Positions 1 to 8,751 of a stretch of DNA of 31,687 nt are shown here, one piece after another. The notes below the pieces were generated by a model. It had not been told where the DNA came from. It made no database searches and saw nothing but the letters and a program-made list of their open reading frames with translations. The stretch lies in contig CAYYWO010000011.1 of NCBI GenBank assembly GCA_964474885.1, positions 1 to 31,687 of the forward strand, given 5' to 3'. This stretch comes from Candidatus Hadarchaeota archaeon (lineage in GTDB: Archaea; Hadarchaeota; Hadarchaeia; Hadarchaeales; JAWBSP01). The translations under genes and the position numbers were made by a program. The number at the start of each line of letters is the position of its first letter. Position 1 is the first letter of the stretch.

Positions 1-72
1 TGGCTTCAGCCGTCGCTGGGCATGCCCCGTCTTTGAAGCAGGAAGCTTCTTGCGGAAGCTAGGAGTGTTCAA
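1..72 (+). mobile_element. Probable 3' end of a tnpB gene and right end of an IS200/IS605-family element (truncated by the window edge)
   Basis: Frame 3 reads ...ASAVAGHAPSLKQEASCGS* (TAG at 60-62), resembling TnpB C-terminal S-x-K-Q-E-A tails. There is a subterminal hairpin CTTCTTGC-GGAA-GCTAGGAG (46-65) followed by TGTTCAA, ending in a TTCAA/TCAA right-end-like motif at 68-72. Confidence 0.6.
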
Positions 73-81
73 GAAAAGTAT

Positions 82-291
82 TCACTCCTTTAGAGTGGCG
101 TTGAGTTCTTGTAGGAGTTTTTCGAGCGGGAGGCCGTAAAGCTCAGCAACCTGTGCTAGAGTGAGGTAACCAAGTTCAAATGAGAGAGCAGGGCAGAAAA
201 GGCATGGTAACTGGTATTTTGCAAGAACCTTTACTGCTTTAGGATATTTTAATAGGTTCTCCAGCGTTGTCTGGGGCGTTACCCGCATCAA
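82..291 (-). CDS. DUF1858-like small CxxC protein (hybrid-cluster-associated redox disulfide domain)
   Basis: 69 aa with pattern 'LKYPKAVKVL..LPCLFCP...TLAQVAELYGLPLEKLLQELN'. ATG at 288 is an alternative start. Confidence 0.75.
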   Translation of the reverse strand: MMRVTPQTTLENLLKYPKAVKVLAKYQLPCLFCPALSFELGYLTLAQVAELYGLPLEKLLQELNATLKE

Positions 292-463
292 GTTTTTGCT
301 TCATCTTTTTTAAGCCCCAAACTTGAAGTAAAAATACGATTTTTGCAAATTTTTAAATTAAAATTTTCATTTTTGAACGATAATCCCGAAAAATCTTTGT
401 TTTTTAATGATTTTCTCGTTTTTATTCAAATTTTCGAATCCTAAGTTTGACCGTTTTGCCGGA

Positions 464-472
464 TTTTTTAAA
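464..472 (+). promoter_or_regulatory. Putative TATA box for the 565..2475 gene
   Basis: TTTTTTAAA at the end of an AT-rich tract, about 25 nt before a GC-rich leader. A strong SD (GGAGGTGA, 553-560) precedes ATG 565. Confidence 0.45.
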
Positions 473-564
473 TCGATTAACTTCTCGAGCAAATTGATGA
501 TGACCCCGACCGTGACAGGGGCGGCGGGCCGAATCTCGACCCGAACGCGGAAGGAGGTGAAGGG

Positions 565-2475
565 ATGGAGAGCAAAGGAATAGCCCCCCTGGTGGTAATG
601 ATAATAGTCGTAGCGGCTGGAGGGGCTTCAATCGGGGCTCCGGTGGCAGTTGATACAATAGACGTCGATCCAGATTCCCCGTTCTACGCATTGGAGAGAC
701 TGGGGGAGCGGATAAAGGGTGTGGGCGATATGAGCCTGATGCAGGAAAGATTCATGGAGTTCTCCAAAATGTGCGACAAGGGCAAGGGATCCTCGTACCT
801 AAGTATTCAGGACGAATTCCAGAGACTGTATGATAAACTGATGACGAAGCTCCCTGAGAACTCCCCGAAGAGAGCAAAGATCTTGGAATGGATCCAAAAA
901 CAGAGGGCGAGATTCGTGAAGAACAGGATTCAGCTCTTGAAGGAAGCTGCTCTGCGGATGAAGCTGGATTTGAGGGGGACGACGGACGAAGCGAGAGTAG
1001 CTGAAATAGAGGAACAGCTTTCGCAAGCTCTGGAGAAACTGAGAGCAAGACCTCGAGTCCAAGTGCCTCCAGAGCTGGATAACGTTCTCCTAGAGGTAGC
1101 GGGGCAACTCGAACTCCTCAAACAAAAAATCTCTGAACTCAAAGCAAGAGTTGAAACGAAGCTTAGCTTGAAGGTCAGAAAGAGTATCGAGGCGGAAGAG
1201 TCGGCAACAGAGGTAGAGTTTGAAGTGGAGGCCCGTGCTGGCAAACCCTCGGAGGAGGAGTATCAGGAACTGCTAGAGGAGTACGAGAAGTTACAGGCGG
1301 AACTACAGAAGGTCGATTTGCAAATAGCTCCACCCCTAGCGGGCACTCAGGCGGTGCAGGCTTTGATTCAAGTCGCTGCGGAACACTATCGGAGAGCCCA
1401 GCAAGCTTATGAAAATGGGCGCCTCGGTGGAGCAGTCGGTCAGTTGAGAGCAGCGGTGGTCTGCTTGAAGAGAGCTGAGAAGATATTTGAACATGCTGAA
1501 GAGTGGGAAGAGGAACATGCAAAAGAATGGCGGTTCTTCAAGCGATGCAAGGTGGAAATTGAACAGCGCTTGGCTGGAGAGCTGGGAGTTCCTGCTTCTG
1601 AAATCTATTTGCATATCGAAAACCTACGGATAGGAAAGATCAGGGAAGCGATAGGGAAATCAATCAAAGAAGTGTCAGAAGAGGAATTGGAGTCCCGGTA
1701 TGAGAACCTGTTTACCAAGGTATCTACCGAGTGTTCTCTATTGGCTCAGGAATGCGAAGAGAACTATGCTCAGATGGAGCAGCAAATGGAGAGCTTAGTA
1801 TATCAATGGCGACAGCGCAGAATAGGATCTGATATCCTTCAACGATCCTTGAACAAGCTTTGGATAGGTTTTGTTCCTCAAATAATCCGCGTAAGTGGGA
1901 CGGTGACAGGCACCCTTAACCTCAGCTTCGATCATCAGTCAGAGAAGAAAATTGCTGACATCTTTAAGATTGAGACTAAGACAAGCGGTATGATCACAGG
2001 CACTGTAGAAAACGGAGCGGTGAGCGCTACTCTAGGCGCAACCGGTAGCAGGGATCTGGAGAATCCACACTTCTCTGACCATGCCGAATTCACAGTGAAC
2101 GCCCAAATTACCGGCACGCTGGAGCCGGTGTCTTATATCGAGAACAAAGTTTTCTTCTACTTGGAGAACTTTGCACCCGCCTACATCCTCAAATGCAAAA
2201 TAACGGGTGAGGGAAGTGGAACCGGTGAGCATAGAGTAATGGCGCCGTGGGGCACTGTCAGCTGGACCTACAAAATGAACTTCGCTGTCGCTGGAAAGCT
2301 GGTCGGCAAGGTGGATGAGGACGGCAACTTCGAGGGCGTGCTGTACCTTCGTATTTCGAGTGCCAGTGCGAGCGTCCAGTTGCAGGCAACGGCTGGCCTC
2401 CCCGGTGAGACCGGCGGTGGCGAGAACTACCCTACTGGGGGGCTAGAAAACGTGTTGGAGAACCTCCCTCTATAA
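565..2475 (+). CDS. Exported or membrane-anchored protein: class III-like signal peptide, DUF5667-like motif, coiled-coil middle, beta-rich C-terminal domain
   Basis: N-terminus MESKG|IAPLVVMIIVVAAGG; 'PDSPFYALERLGERI' resembles DUF5667; long E/K/L/R-rich helical region; Thr/Gly-rich beta-patterned C-terminus; SD present. Confidence 0.7.
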   Translation: MESKGIAPLVVMIIVVAAGGASIGAPVAVDTIDVDPDSPFYALERLGERIKGVGDMSLMQERFMEFSKMCDKGKGSSYLSIQDEFQRLYDKLMTKLPENSPKRAKILEWIQKQRARFVKNRIQLLKEAALRMKLDLRGTTDEARVAEIEEQLSQALEKLRARPRVQVPPELDNVLLEVAGQLELLKQKISELKARVETKLSLKVRKSIEAEESATEVEFEVEARAGKPSEEEYQELLEEYEKLQAELQKVDLQIAPPLAGTQAVQALIQVAAEHYRRAQQAYENGRLGGAVGQLRAAVVCLKRAEKIFEHAEEWEEEHAKEWRFFKRCKVEIEQRLAGELGVPASEIYLHIENLRIGKIREAIGKSIKEVSEEELESRYENLFTKVSTECSLLAQECEENYAQMEQQMESLVYQWRQRRIGSDILQRSLNKLWIGFVPQIIRVSGTVTGTLNLSFDHQSEKKIADIFKIETKTSGMITGTVENGAVSATLGATGSRDLENPHFSDHAEFTVNAQITGTLEPVSYIENKVFFYLENFAPAYILKCKITGEGSGTGEHRVMAPWGTVSWTYKMNFAVAGKLVGKVDEDGNFEGVLYLRISSASASVQLQATAGLPGETGGGENYPTGGLENVLENLPL

Positions 2476-2494
2476 AGGGCAGGATAGAGTTCAT

Positions 2495-2514
2495 TTCTGT
2501 TTTTTGGTTTTTTT
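2495..2514 (+). terminator. Oligo-T archaeal terminator-like tract
   Basis: T-rich run (TTTCTGTTTTTTGGTTTTTT-like) immediately downstream of the 565..2475 stop. Confidence 0.45.
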
Positions 2515-3764
2515 CACAGCCAGAATATCTGAAGTAGCAAATGGGTTGGGAGCACAGCAGCGATAGTGAATGGAACCCCAATTTTCATGAACTCAAGTAA
2601 CCTTATCTTGTATCCGTGCTTTTCTAGAATCCCGGTAGCGAAAACATTGGCCGAAGCCCCTACTGGAGTTATGTTTCCTCCCATTCCTGTCCCGACAATC
2701 ATACCATAGAGCAAGGGCCAGGAGCTTATGCCCAACAGACTGGCCAGGTGCTGGCAGACTGGGATCATGAGAACGGTGTAGGGAACGTTGTCGATGAAGG
2801 ACGAGAAAGCAACCGAAATCCAGATGATGAGTGCGAGCATCAGAGAAGGCGAGCGAATCCCAGCATCCACGATGAGACCGGCGAAGTCCGCCAGCAGGCC
2901 ATGAATATTGACGGCGTAAACCACGACGAAGATCCCAACGATGAACAGGAAAGAGTTCCAGTCGAACTTAACTATTATTTCCCTCAGTTTTTGCCTGCCT
3001 AATGCTAATGCTACAGCTCCTACACCCAAACCGATTAAGCCCGGTCTTAAGTTGACTTCAGGCCCAACCATAAGCAGGAAAATACCAGTGATGAACAAAA
3101 TGGGTGCCCCCCATGTCACGTTTATTCTTTGAGGTTGGATTTCAGACGTTTTGTTCAGTTTTCTAAAAATGAGCAGTAGCGAGAGAAGCGCGGTGCTCAC
3201 CCCAACTATAGAGAGCGTACCAAGGCCAGGCCTCCCCAAGAACCAATAAAAGTCAAGAGGTTTCATGCCAGTTTCCATCGCGAGGATTATGGGTGGGGGG
3301 TCGGCGATCATAGTAACAGTAGTAGCTACGTTCGAGCTTATGGCGATCCCTACTAGGTAAGGAAACAGAGAAGAGTTCATCCTCCTTGCAACTGCGATAG
3401 CCACGGGTGCCATCATCAGCACCACGCCGACATTCTCCATCAGGGAAGACAGAAAAGCGGTGATGGTGCAGAGAACCAAAAGCATGTATTTTTCTTTCTT
3501 AATTCTGACGAGCAGACGATTAGCTAAAAGATCAGGGGCTCCACTCTCAAGGAAGACGAGAGAGAGTACCATGAAGCCCCAATAAATCCCCAAGACATCC
3601 CATTTGATGGCTTCTGAAATGACATCCTGTGGGCTTACCAAGCCGAGAAGCAAAAGGAGGGCGGAGGCTCCCAGCGATGCATAGGCTATCTTTATCTTCC
3701 TACTCAGCGCGAGAGCATAGCAGATGATGAATACAACCAGGACTACTGCTTTTTCACCTGACAT
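2514..3764 (-). CDS. ArsB/NhaD/CitMHS (SLC13-like) ion transporter permease
   Basis: 416 aa polytopic membrane protein with motifs 'FLSSLMENV', 'TMIADPP', 'SSFIDNVPY' and 'GGNITPVGASAN'. Confidence 0.85.
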   Translation of the reverse strand: MSGEKAVVLVVFIICYALALSRKIKIAYASLGASALLLLLGLVSPQDVISEAIKWDVLGIYWGFMVLSLVFLESGAPDLLANRLLVRIKKEKYMLLVLCTITAFLSSLMENVGVVLMMAPVAIAVARRMNSSLFPYLVGIAISSNVATTVTMIADPPPIILAMETGMKPLDFYWFLGRPGLGTLSIVGVSTALLSLLLIFRKLNKTSEIQPQRINVTWGAPILFITGIFLLMVGPEVNLRPGLIGLGVGAVALALGRQKLREIIVKFDWNSFLFIVGIFVVVYAVNIHGLLADFAGLIVDAGIRSPSLMLALIIWISVAFSSFIDNVPYTVLMIPVCQHLASLLGISSWPLLYGMIVGTGMGGNITPVGASANVFATGILEKHGYKIRLLEFMKIGVPFTIAAVLPTHLLLQIFWL

Positions 3765-3789
3765 GCCTTTTTCACGCTTTGGAGTAGAG

Positions 3790-4788
3790 TCAACTTAAAT
3801 GTTTGGGTACAGTCAAGTTGAGTACTATCTCAGCGATATCTGTGCTATGTTCGGCTATCCTTTGGAGGCTACCCACTATCATTCTGAGGGGCAACGCACC
3901 GCTCGCTGGAAAAGAGAAAATGGAAACGAGCACGGGCTTAACGAACCTGCTTACACTCCTCCCCCTCTGGATGACCCATTCGGCTAACCTGTAATCACTT
4001 TTCTCTAGCGATTGAAGCGAGGAACTGAAGAGATTTGAACTGAAATCTACCAGACTTCCCACTCTCTTTAGGATACTGCTTGGCAAGGGTTCTTCAATTG
4101 TCATGACATTCTTCGCAATGGAAACGGCGTAATCTGCCACACGTTCGATGCTTTTCACGATAACTCTGTAGCCCAAACATTCGCGGATCTCTCTGAGTCC
4201 GGTTTCAGATGCTCTTATCCTGTTTTCACACACGGCTTTCAGCAATCTGACAATATAAATGCCGAATCTATCAACTTCATCATCCCTGGCCAGCACATCT
4301 TTGGCTATTTCCATATCGAGTTCCCTGAGTGATGAGTAAGCATCCTTGATCATTGATTGTGTGATGATCCCCATTCTTCTGACAGCCTCCGGGATGGGGA
4401 GTTCGCTGGGACTCAGAAGTATCCGCAAGCTCAATCTGGACGGCAGATCTTCGATTATTTCTGTCCCCACAAGTTTTGTTCTCGCGAATCTTTTCAGATA
4501 TCCTCTGAATCTGGGGCAAATTCGTTCTTCAGATTTGAACGAGATTTTATTGAAACCTGCTAGGTAAAGGGAAACAAGTCTTCTTGCTGTAGCTTCGGGC
4601 GAGTCCTCTCTAGTCATGGTAATTTCAGCTTCATCTTTGATTTCGGTGCGTGGTGAAATCAGGAGATAGTTCTCGGTTTCGATGATGTCTACTTCGTCTC
4701 CTTTTTTTAGTTTCATTCTGCGTACCCAGTCTTTCGGAAGTGAAACGATAAGGGTGGATCCGCCAGTCTGCTGGAGCTTTCTTCTCAT
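3790..4788 (-). CDS. phoU: Archaeal phosphate uptake regulator PhoU with N-terminal AbrB/SpoVT DNA-binding domain
   Basis: 'RKLQQTGGSTLIVSLPKDW' AbrB start; PhoU repeats 'DDEVDR', 'ERVADYA' and 'QRIAEHS'. Confidence 0.85.
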   Translation of the reverse strand: MRRKLQQTGGSTLIVSLPKDWVRRMKLKKGDEVDIIETENYLLISPRTEIKDEAEITMTREDSPEATARRLVSLYLAGFNKISFKSEERICPRFRGYLKRFARTKLVGTEIIEDLPSRLSLRILLSPSELPIPEAVRRMGIITQSMIKDAYSSLRELDMEIAKDVLARDDEVDRFGIYIVRLLKAVCENRIRASETGLREIRECLGYRVIVKSIERVADYAVSIAKNVMTIEEPLPSSILKRVGSLVDFSSNLFSSSLQSLEKSDYRLAEWVIQRGRSVSRFVKPVLVSIFSFPASGALPLRMIVGSLQRIAEHSTDIAEIVLNLTVPKHLS

Positions 4789-4856
4789 CTATAGAGAAAA
4801 TTAGAAATATATAGTCTTTAAGGCAAAAATATTTATACATCTCGGAAGGTTGAGAG

Positions 4857-6038
4857 ATGCTCATAACCGTGATCTACGCCTTGGGCCTTGCCTTAGCTTT
4901 TTTCATGGCTTGGTGTTTGGGAGCCAACGATGCCTCAAACCCGACCGAATGCGCTGTGGGGGCAGGCGTCGTTTCGATGAGAAGAGCAATTCTTTTGTTC
5001 GCTTTGTTTGCTGCAATCGGAGGTGTTTCGCTCGGTCCTTTTGTCATGAAAACTGTTGACAGGGGAATAGTCGATAGACAGGGCTTGACAACCCAGCAAC
5101 TGGTTGTTGGTAGTCTTGTTGCAGTCGCTTCGGCGATAGTCTGGGTAGTGTTCAGTACATGGAAAGGGATGCCTGTCTCAACCACGCATTCGACCATAGG
5201 TGGAGTTTTGGGGTGCGGATTAGCTGCTGGGGGCTGGGGCCTTGTGGTTTGGGACAAGTTTACTTTGGTTCTTGTGAGTATATTGATATCCCCCTTGCTT
5301 ACTATGGCATTGTCATTTGGTTTCTTTCATCTTTTCCGGAGGCATGGAGGAGGTAAAGGAATCCTGCTTGTTGTTGTCTGTGCCTTCCTTCTGTCTTTTA
5401 CTACTGCGGTTACTGTTTTCTACAAGGTGCTCAAGTGGGAAGATTCAGCGTTATTATTTGGTTCTGGCACACTTTTAGCTGTCGCAATGTCAGCACTGGC
5501 GGGGAGTTACTTCAAGAGGAAACGTATCGGATCCCTAGAGTTCTTGCTTTTGTTGGCTTTGATTTTTTCAGCTTTTGCTTTTGGGGCCAATGACATGGCC
5601 AATTGCACAGGGGTGTTTGTCACACCAACAGAAGTGCTCGTCGGAAAACCGGAGCTTTCAACCATGCTAATGCTTGCAGTCTTTGGGAGTATCGGTATAG
5701 CTCTAGGGGGCTTTACATGGGGGTACCGGGTGATCACAACTGCTGCATACAAGGTGACACGTCTGGATCCCCTCACCGGTTTTGCGGCGGAATTTGCTAA
5801 TGCCCTAAACGTCTTTCTGTTCACAGTGGTTCCAGGAGTTCTAACAGACTTTGGAATTCCAATCTCAACCACTCATAGTAGTATAGGTTCGATAATTGGT
5901 GTAGGTATCGCGAAAGGTGGGATAGGTGCCGTAGACTGGGGGGTGACTTGGAAGATAATAGCTTTCTGGATTTTGACGATTCCCGCAACGGCCTTGCTCT
6001 CAGGGCTCCTTTTTAAGTTAGCCACTCTTCTTATCTAA
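4857..6038 (+). CDS. pit: Inorganic phosphate transporter (PiT/PHO4 family)
   Basis: Two signature motifs GANDASN and GANDMAN, plus 'GMPVSTTH' and 'GIPISTTH'. Confidence 0.9.
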   Translation: MLITVIYALGLALAFFMAWCLGANDASNPTECAVGAGVVSMRRAILLFALFAAIGGVSLGPFVMKTVDRGIVDRQGLTTQQLVVGSLVAVASAIVWVVFSTWKGMPVSTTHSTIGGVLGCGLAAGGWGLVVWDKFTLVLVSILISPLLTMALSFGFFHLFRRHGGGKGILLVVVCAFLLSFTTAVTVFYKVLKWEDSALLFGSGTLLAVAMSALAGSYFKRKRIGSLEFLLLLALIFSAFAFGANDMANCTGVFVTPTEVLVGKPELSTMLMLAVFGSIGIALGGFTWGYRVITTAAYKVTRLDPLTGFAAEFANALNVFLFTVVPGVLTDFGIPISTTHSSIGSIIGVGIAKGGIGAVDWGVTWKIIAFWILTIPATALLSGLLFKLATLLI

Positions 6039-6061
6039 TCGGAACTTCCATGATTTTTGAT

Positions 6062-6133
6062 GCCGGGGTGGCCGAGAAGTTAGGCGGCGGGCTGCAGACC
6101 CGCTTTACGCCGGTGCAAATCCGGCCCCCGGCT
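6062..6133 (+). tRNA. tRNA-Cys(GCA)
   Basis: Acceptor GCCGGGG/CCCCGGC with U73; anticodon arm GCGGG-CTGCAGA-CCCGC; T arm GCCGG-TGCAAAT-CCGGC. Confidence 0.92.
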
Positions 6134-6228
6134 TTGACTCCTTTGTTTTGGATCCAATGTGCGAATTAAACCGTGGCTACTGCTGTTAATGAAGAAGTTT
6201 GACGGGACGCTCTTACTGGTTCTCAAGG

Positions 6229-7413
6229 TTAAAGTTTTTTTGCTTCGCCTGCTCGGGTGATGGAGTACCTCACGCCAACGGGTCCTATTATTTGGAAAAT
6301 TATGGTAGTCGCAAGGATCAGAGTCAGAGCATCCTTCAAAAAGGTTGGAAACATTGAGACCGCGAGGGCAGTCAGACCGATTGTTACCCCCGCTTGACTT
6401 AACAGTGCTGGTCCAGTGTACTTTTGCAATATGCTAGGAGCCCCAGCTATTCTAGCTGAAACGAAACATCCTCCAAATTTTCCGATTATTCTGGAGATCA
6501 TGTAAACAGTTGCGAGCAGTCCTACTCGATAAAGTACCTCAAAGTCCATGAGCATACCAGAGAGCGTAAAGAACGCGACGTAAACGGGTGGCATGAATTC
6601 TTCCACTCTATGTACCATTCTGCTCGCCAGCGTTGACTGAAGATTCGCGCAAACGAATCCTACCATCATGCAAGTCAGAAGCTCCGAGCACCCTAGGGCT
6701 TCTGCCAATCCTGCTCCTACCAAGGTGGCGGTGAGGGGGGCGAGAAAGATGATTTCCTTCTCGTGAATCCTCCTTATGATAGATACGAGACACAATCCCA
6801 AAAGAGTCCCTATTATAAGGGCGCCCACAATCTGCCATATCCCCTGCAGAACGATACTACTGCTCACTTCCTCCCCTAGCAGTATCTCAATACCACAGAG
6901 GGACAGAGCAAAGAGCATGATGGCTAGTGCATCGTCCCAACCGACGATAGCAATCAAAGATCTCGTCAACAATCCACGAGCACGATATTCCTCCAGAACA
7001 GGTATGGTTCCCACAGGCGCACTGGGTGCTCCCACTGCTGCTAGGAGGAGGGACATGGGTAGGTTTTTGGTGGCGAGATAACAACCAGCGAGAATTAGGG
7101 CGAAAGTAGCTAATGTTTCACCGAAAATGAGAATAACCATAGCTTTGCCCAGCTGTCTGAAGAACCGTATAGTTAGTTGTCCTCCTATAATGAACGCGAT
7201 GAGAGCAAGAGTAAGCTTCGTTGTGAAGCTCCATATTTCGTCTACAGTCTTAATCCCAATACCGAAAAGTTGGTGGAAGCTTAGTAGGGGGCCGAGGAGG
7301 ATTCCAGTAAAGATGTACCCAACCACCCCAGTTAGTTTGAAGTCATGGGTAAATCTCCCGACGAGTGAGCCAAGGGCTAAAATAGTCCCCAAAAAGAGAA
7401 AAACATTAAACAA
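6229..7413 (-). CDS. Cation:proton antiporter (CPA/Na_H_Exchanger family), paralog A
   Basis: 394 aa polytopic protein with 'IVGWDDALAI' and 'SQAGVTIGL'. TTG start with SD GGAGGTG. Confidence 0.85.
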   Translation of the reverse strand: MFNVFLFLGTILALGSLVGRFTHDFKLTGVVGYIFTGILLGPLLSFHQLFGIGIKTVDEIWSFTTKLTLALIAFIIGGQLTIRFFRQLGKAMVILIFGETLATFALILAGCYLATKNLPMSLLLAAVGAPSAPVGTIPVLEEYRARGLLTRSLIAIVGWDDALAIMLFALSLCGIEILLGEEVSSSIVLQGIWQIVGALIIGTLLGLCLVSIIRRIHEKEIIFLAPLTATLVGAGLAEALGCSELLTCMMVGFVCANLQSTLASRMVHRVEEFMPPVYVAFFTLSGMLMDFEVLYRVGLLATVYMISRIIGKFGGCFVSARIAGAPSILQKYTGPALLSQAGVTIGLTALAVSMFPTFLKDALTLILATTIIFQIIGPVGVRYSITRAGEAKKL

Positions 7414-7542
7414 AGCATCACCTCCTACCTTTCTCCCCTAAAGGAGGGCATCGGCTTTAACATCATCGAGAAACTTGGGATGTGCTTAATAATGCTATCG
7501 AACATTTTTCTCAGCTTTCGTAATTGCTTTGGAGGGTGAATC

Positions 7543-8748
7543 GTGGTAGCAAATCTTCTTCTGTTGATTGGTGTGATTCTCGTCCTTGGTGAAGTGATCG
7601 GGAAGATCACGCACAACTTAAAACTTACTGGGGTTGTGGGCTACATACTTGCAGGGGTGATACTAGGGCCGCTAACCAAGGCTTTCAACTATTTCGGAGT
7701 TGAGGGGGAGACTGTAACAGCGATCTGGGAGGTAGCGACCAAAATAACGCTCGCTTTTGTAGCATTCATCATAGGTGCTCATCTGACCTTCCGTCTTTTC
7801 AAGAAATTGGGGAAGCCAATCATTGCGGCAATTTTTGGAGAGTCATTTGGTGCCTTTTTTCTGGTCTTCATCGCCTCTTACTTCGTAAGCGGAGACTTGA
7901 CGCTCTCCTTGCTCTTGGCCTCGTTAGCCCCTGCCAGTGCTCCAGCTGGGACGGTGGCAGCACTCCACGAATACGGAGCTCGTGGTCCTCTCACCGATGC
8001 TATTTTGGCCGTCGTTGGGTGGGATGACGCGTTAGCAATACTGATTTTCGCTGGGGCGCTTAGTGTAGTCAAAATTATTCTGGGAGGAGAGCTTGCCATA
8101 TCGAGCTTGGTAGAACCCCTCAGCGAGATCGGGGGAGCCATTCTTCTAGGCTTTGCGATAGGTGGGATTCTGTTTTTCCTAATGAAAAGGATCAAGGAAA
8201 GAGAGACATTATTTGTAGCTTCCATCGCGAGCATTTTTGTTGGAGCGGGGCTTGCTGAGTTGAGCGGAGTTTCTTTGATACTGACGTGTATGGTCATCGG
8301 TATGGTTCTGATAAACTCAATGCCGACACTGGGTAGGACTTCCCTAAACATGGTCGAGAACCTGATGCCACCAGTCTATGTCATATTCTTTGCTTTAGCT
8401 GGGACACAGTTGCGTCTCGATTTGCTGCCCACGATGGGATTGCTGGGTTTCGTCTATGTGATTGGTAGGAGTCTTGGGTTGATAGGTGGAGCGCATCTGA
8501 GCACAAGAATTTCTGGTGCACCTAAGGTTATCCAACGCTACTTGGGTTTTGGGATACTATGCCAAGCTGGCGTTGCCATAGGTCTGGCAGCCCTTGCTTG
8601 TTCAGAGCTCGCTTCGCATCCGATTGGAGCCGAGCTGGCTCAGTCAGCGCTCACCCTAATAATGGCAACAACAGTGGTGTTTGAGATAATCGGACCCGTC
8701 GGAGTACGCTATGCCATCACAAGGGCAGGTGAGGCTAGGTATGAATAA
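7543..8748 (+). CDS. Cation:proton antiporter (CPA family), paralog B
   Basis: 401 aa with 'VVGWDDALAI' and 'CQAGVAIGL'. C-terminus 'IIGPVGVRYAITRAGEA' nearly matches paralog A. Confidence 0.85.
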   Translation: MVANLLLLIGVILVLGEVIGKITHNLKLTGVVGYILAGVILGPLTKAFNYFGVEGETVTAIWEVATKITLAFVAFIIGAHLTFRLFKKLGKPIIAAIFGESFGAFFLVFIASYFVSGDLTLSLLLASLAPASAPAGTVAALHEYGARGPLTDAILAVVGWDDALAILIFAGALSVVKIILGGELAISSLVEPLSEIGGAILLGFAIGGILFFLMKRIKERETLFVASIASIFVGAGLAELSGVSLILTCMVIGMVLINSMPTLGRTSLNMVENLMPPVYVIFFALAGTQLRLDLLPTMGLLGFVYVIGRSLGLIGGAHLSTRISGAPKVIQRYLGFGILCQAGVAIGLAALACSELASHPIGAELAQSALTLIMATTVVFEIIGPVGVRYAITRAGEARYE

Positions 8749-8751
8749 GGG

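Noticed and set aside
529-539. 11-nt complementarity between the 5' leader (CCGAATCTCGA) and the rpo1C/rpl30e overlap near 16965
   Set aside because: A match of this length is expected by chance in 31 kb.
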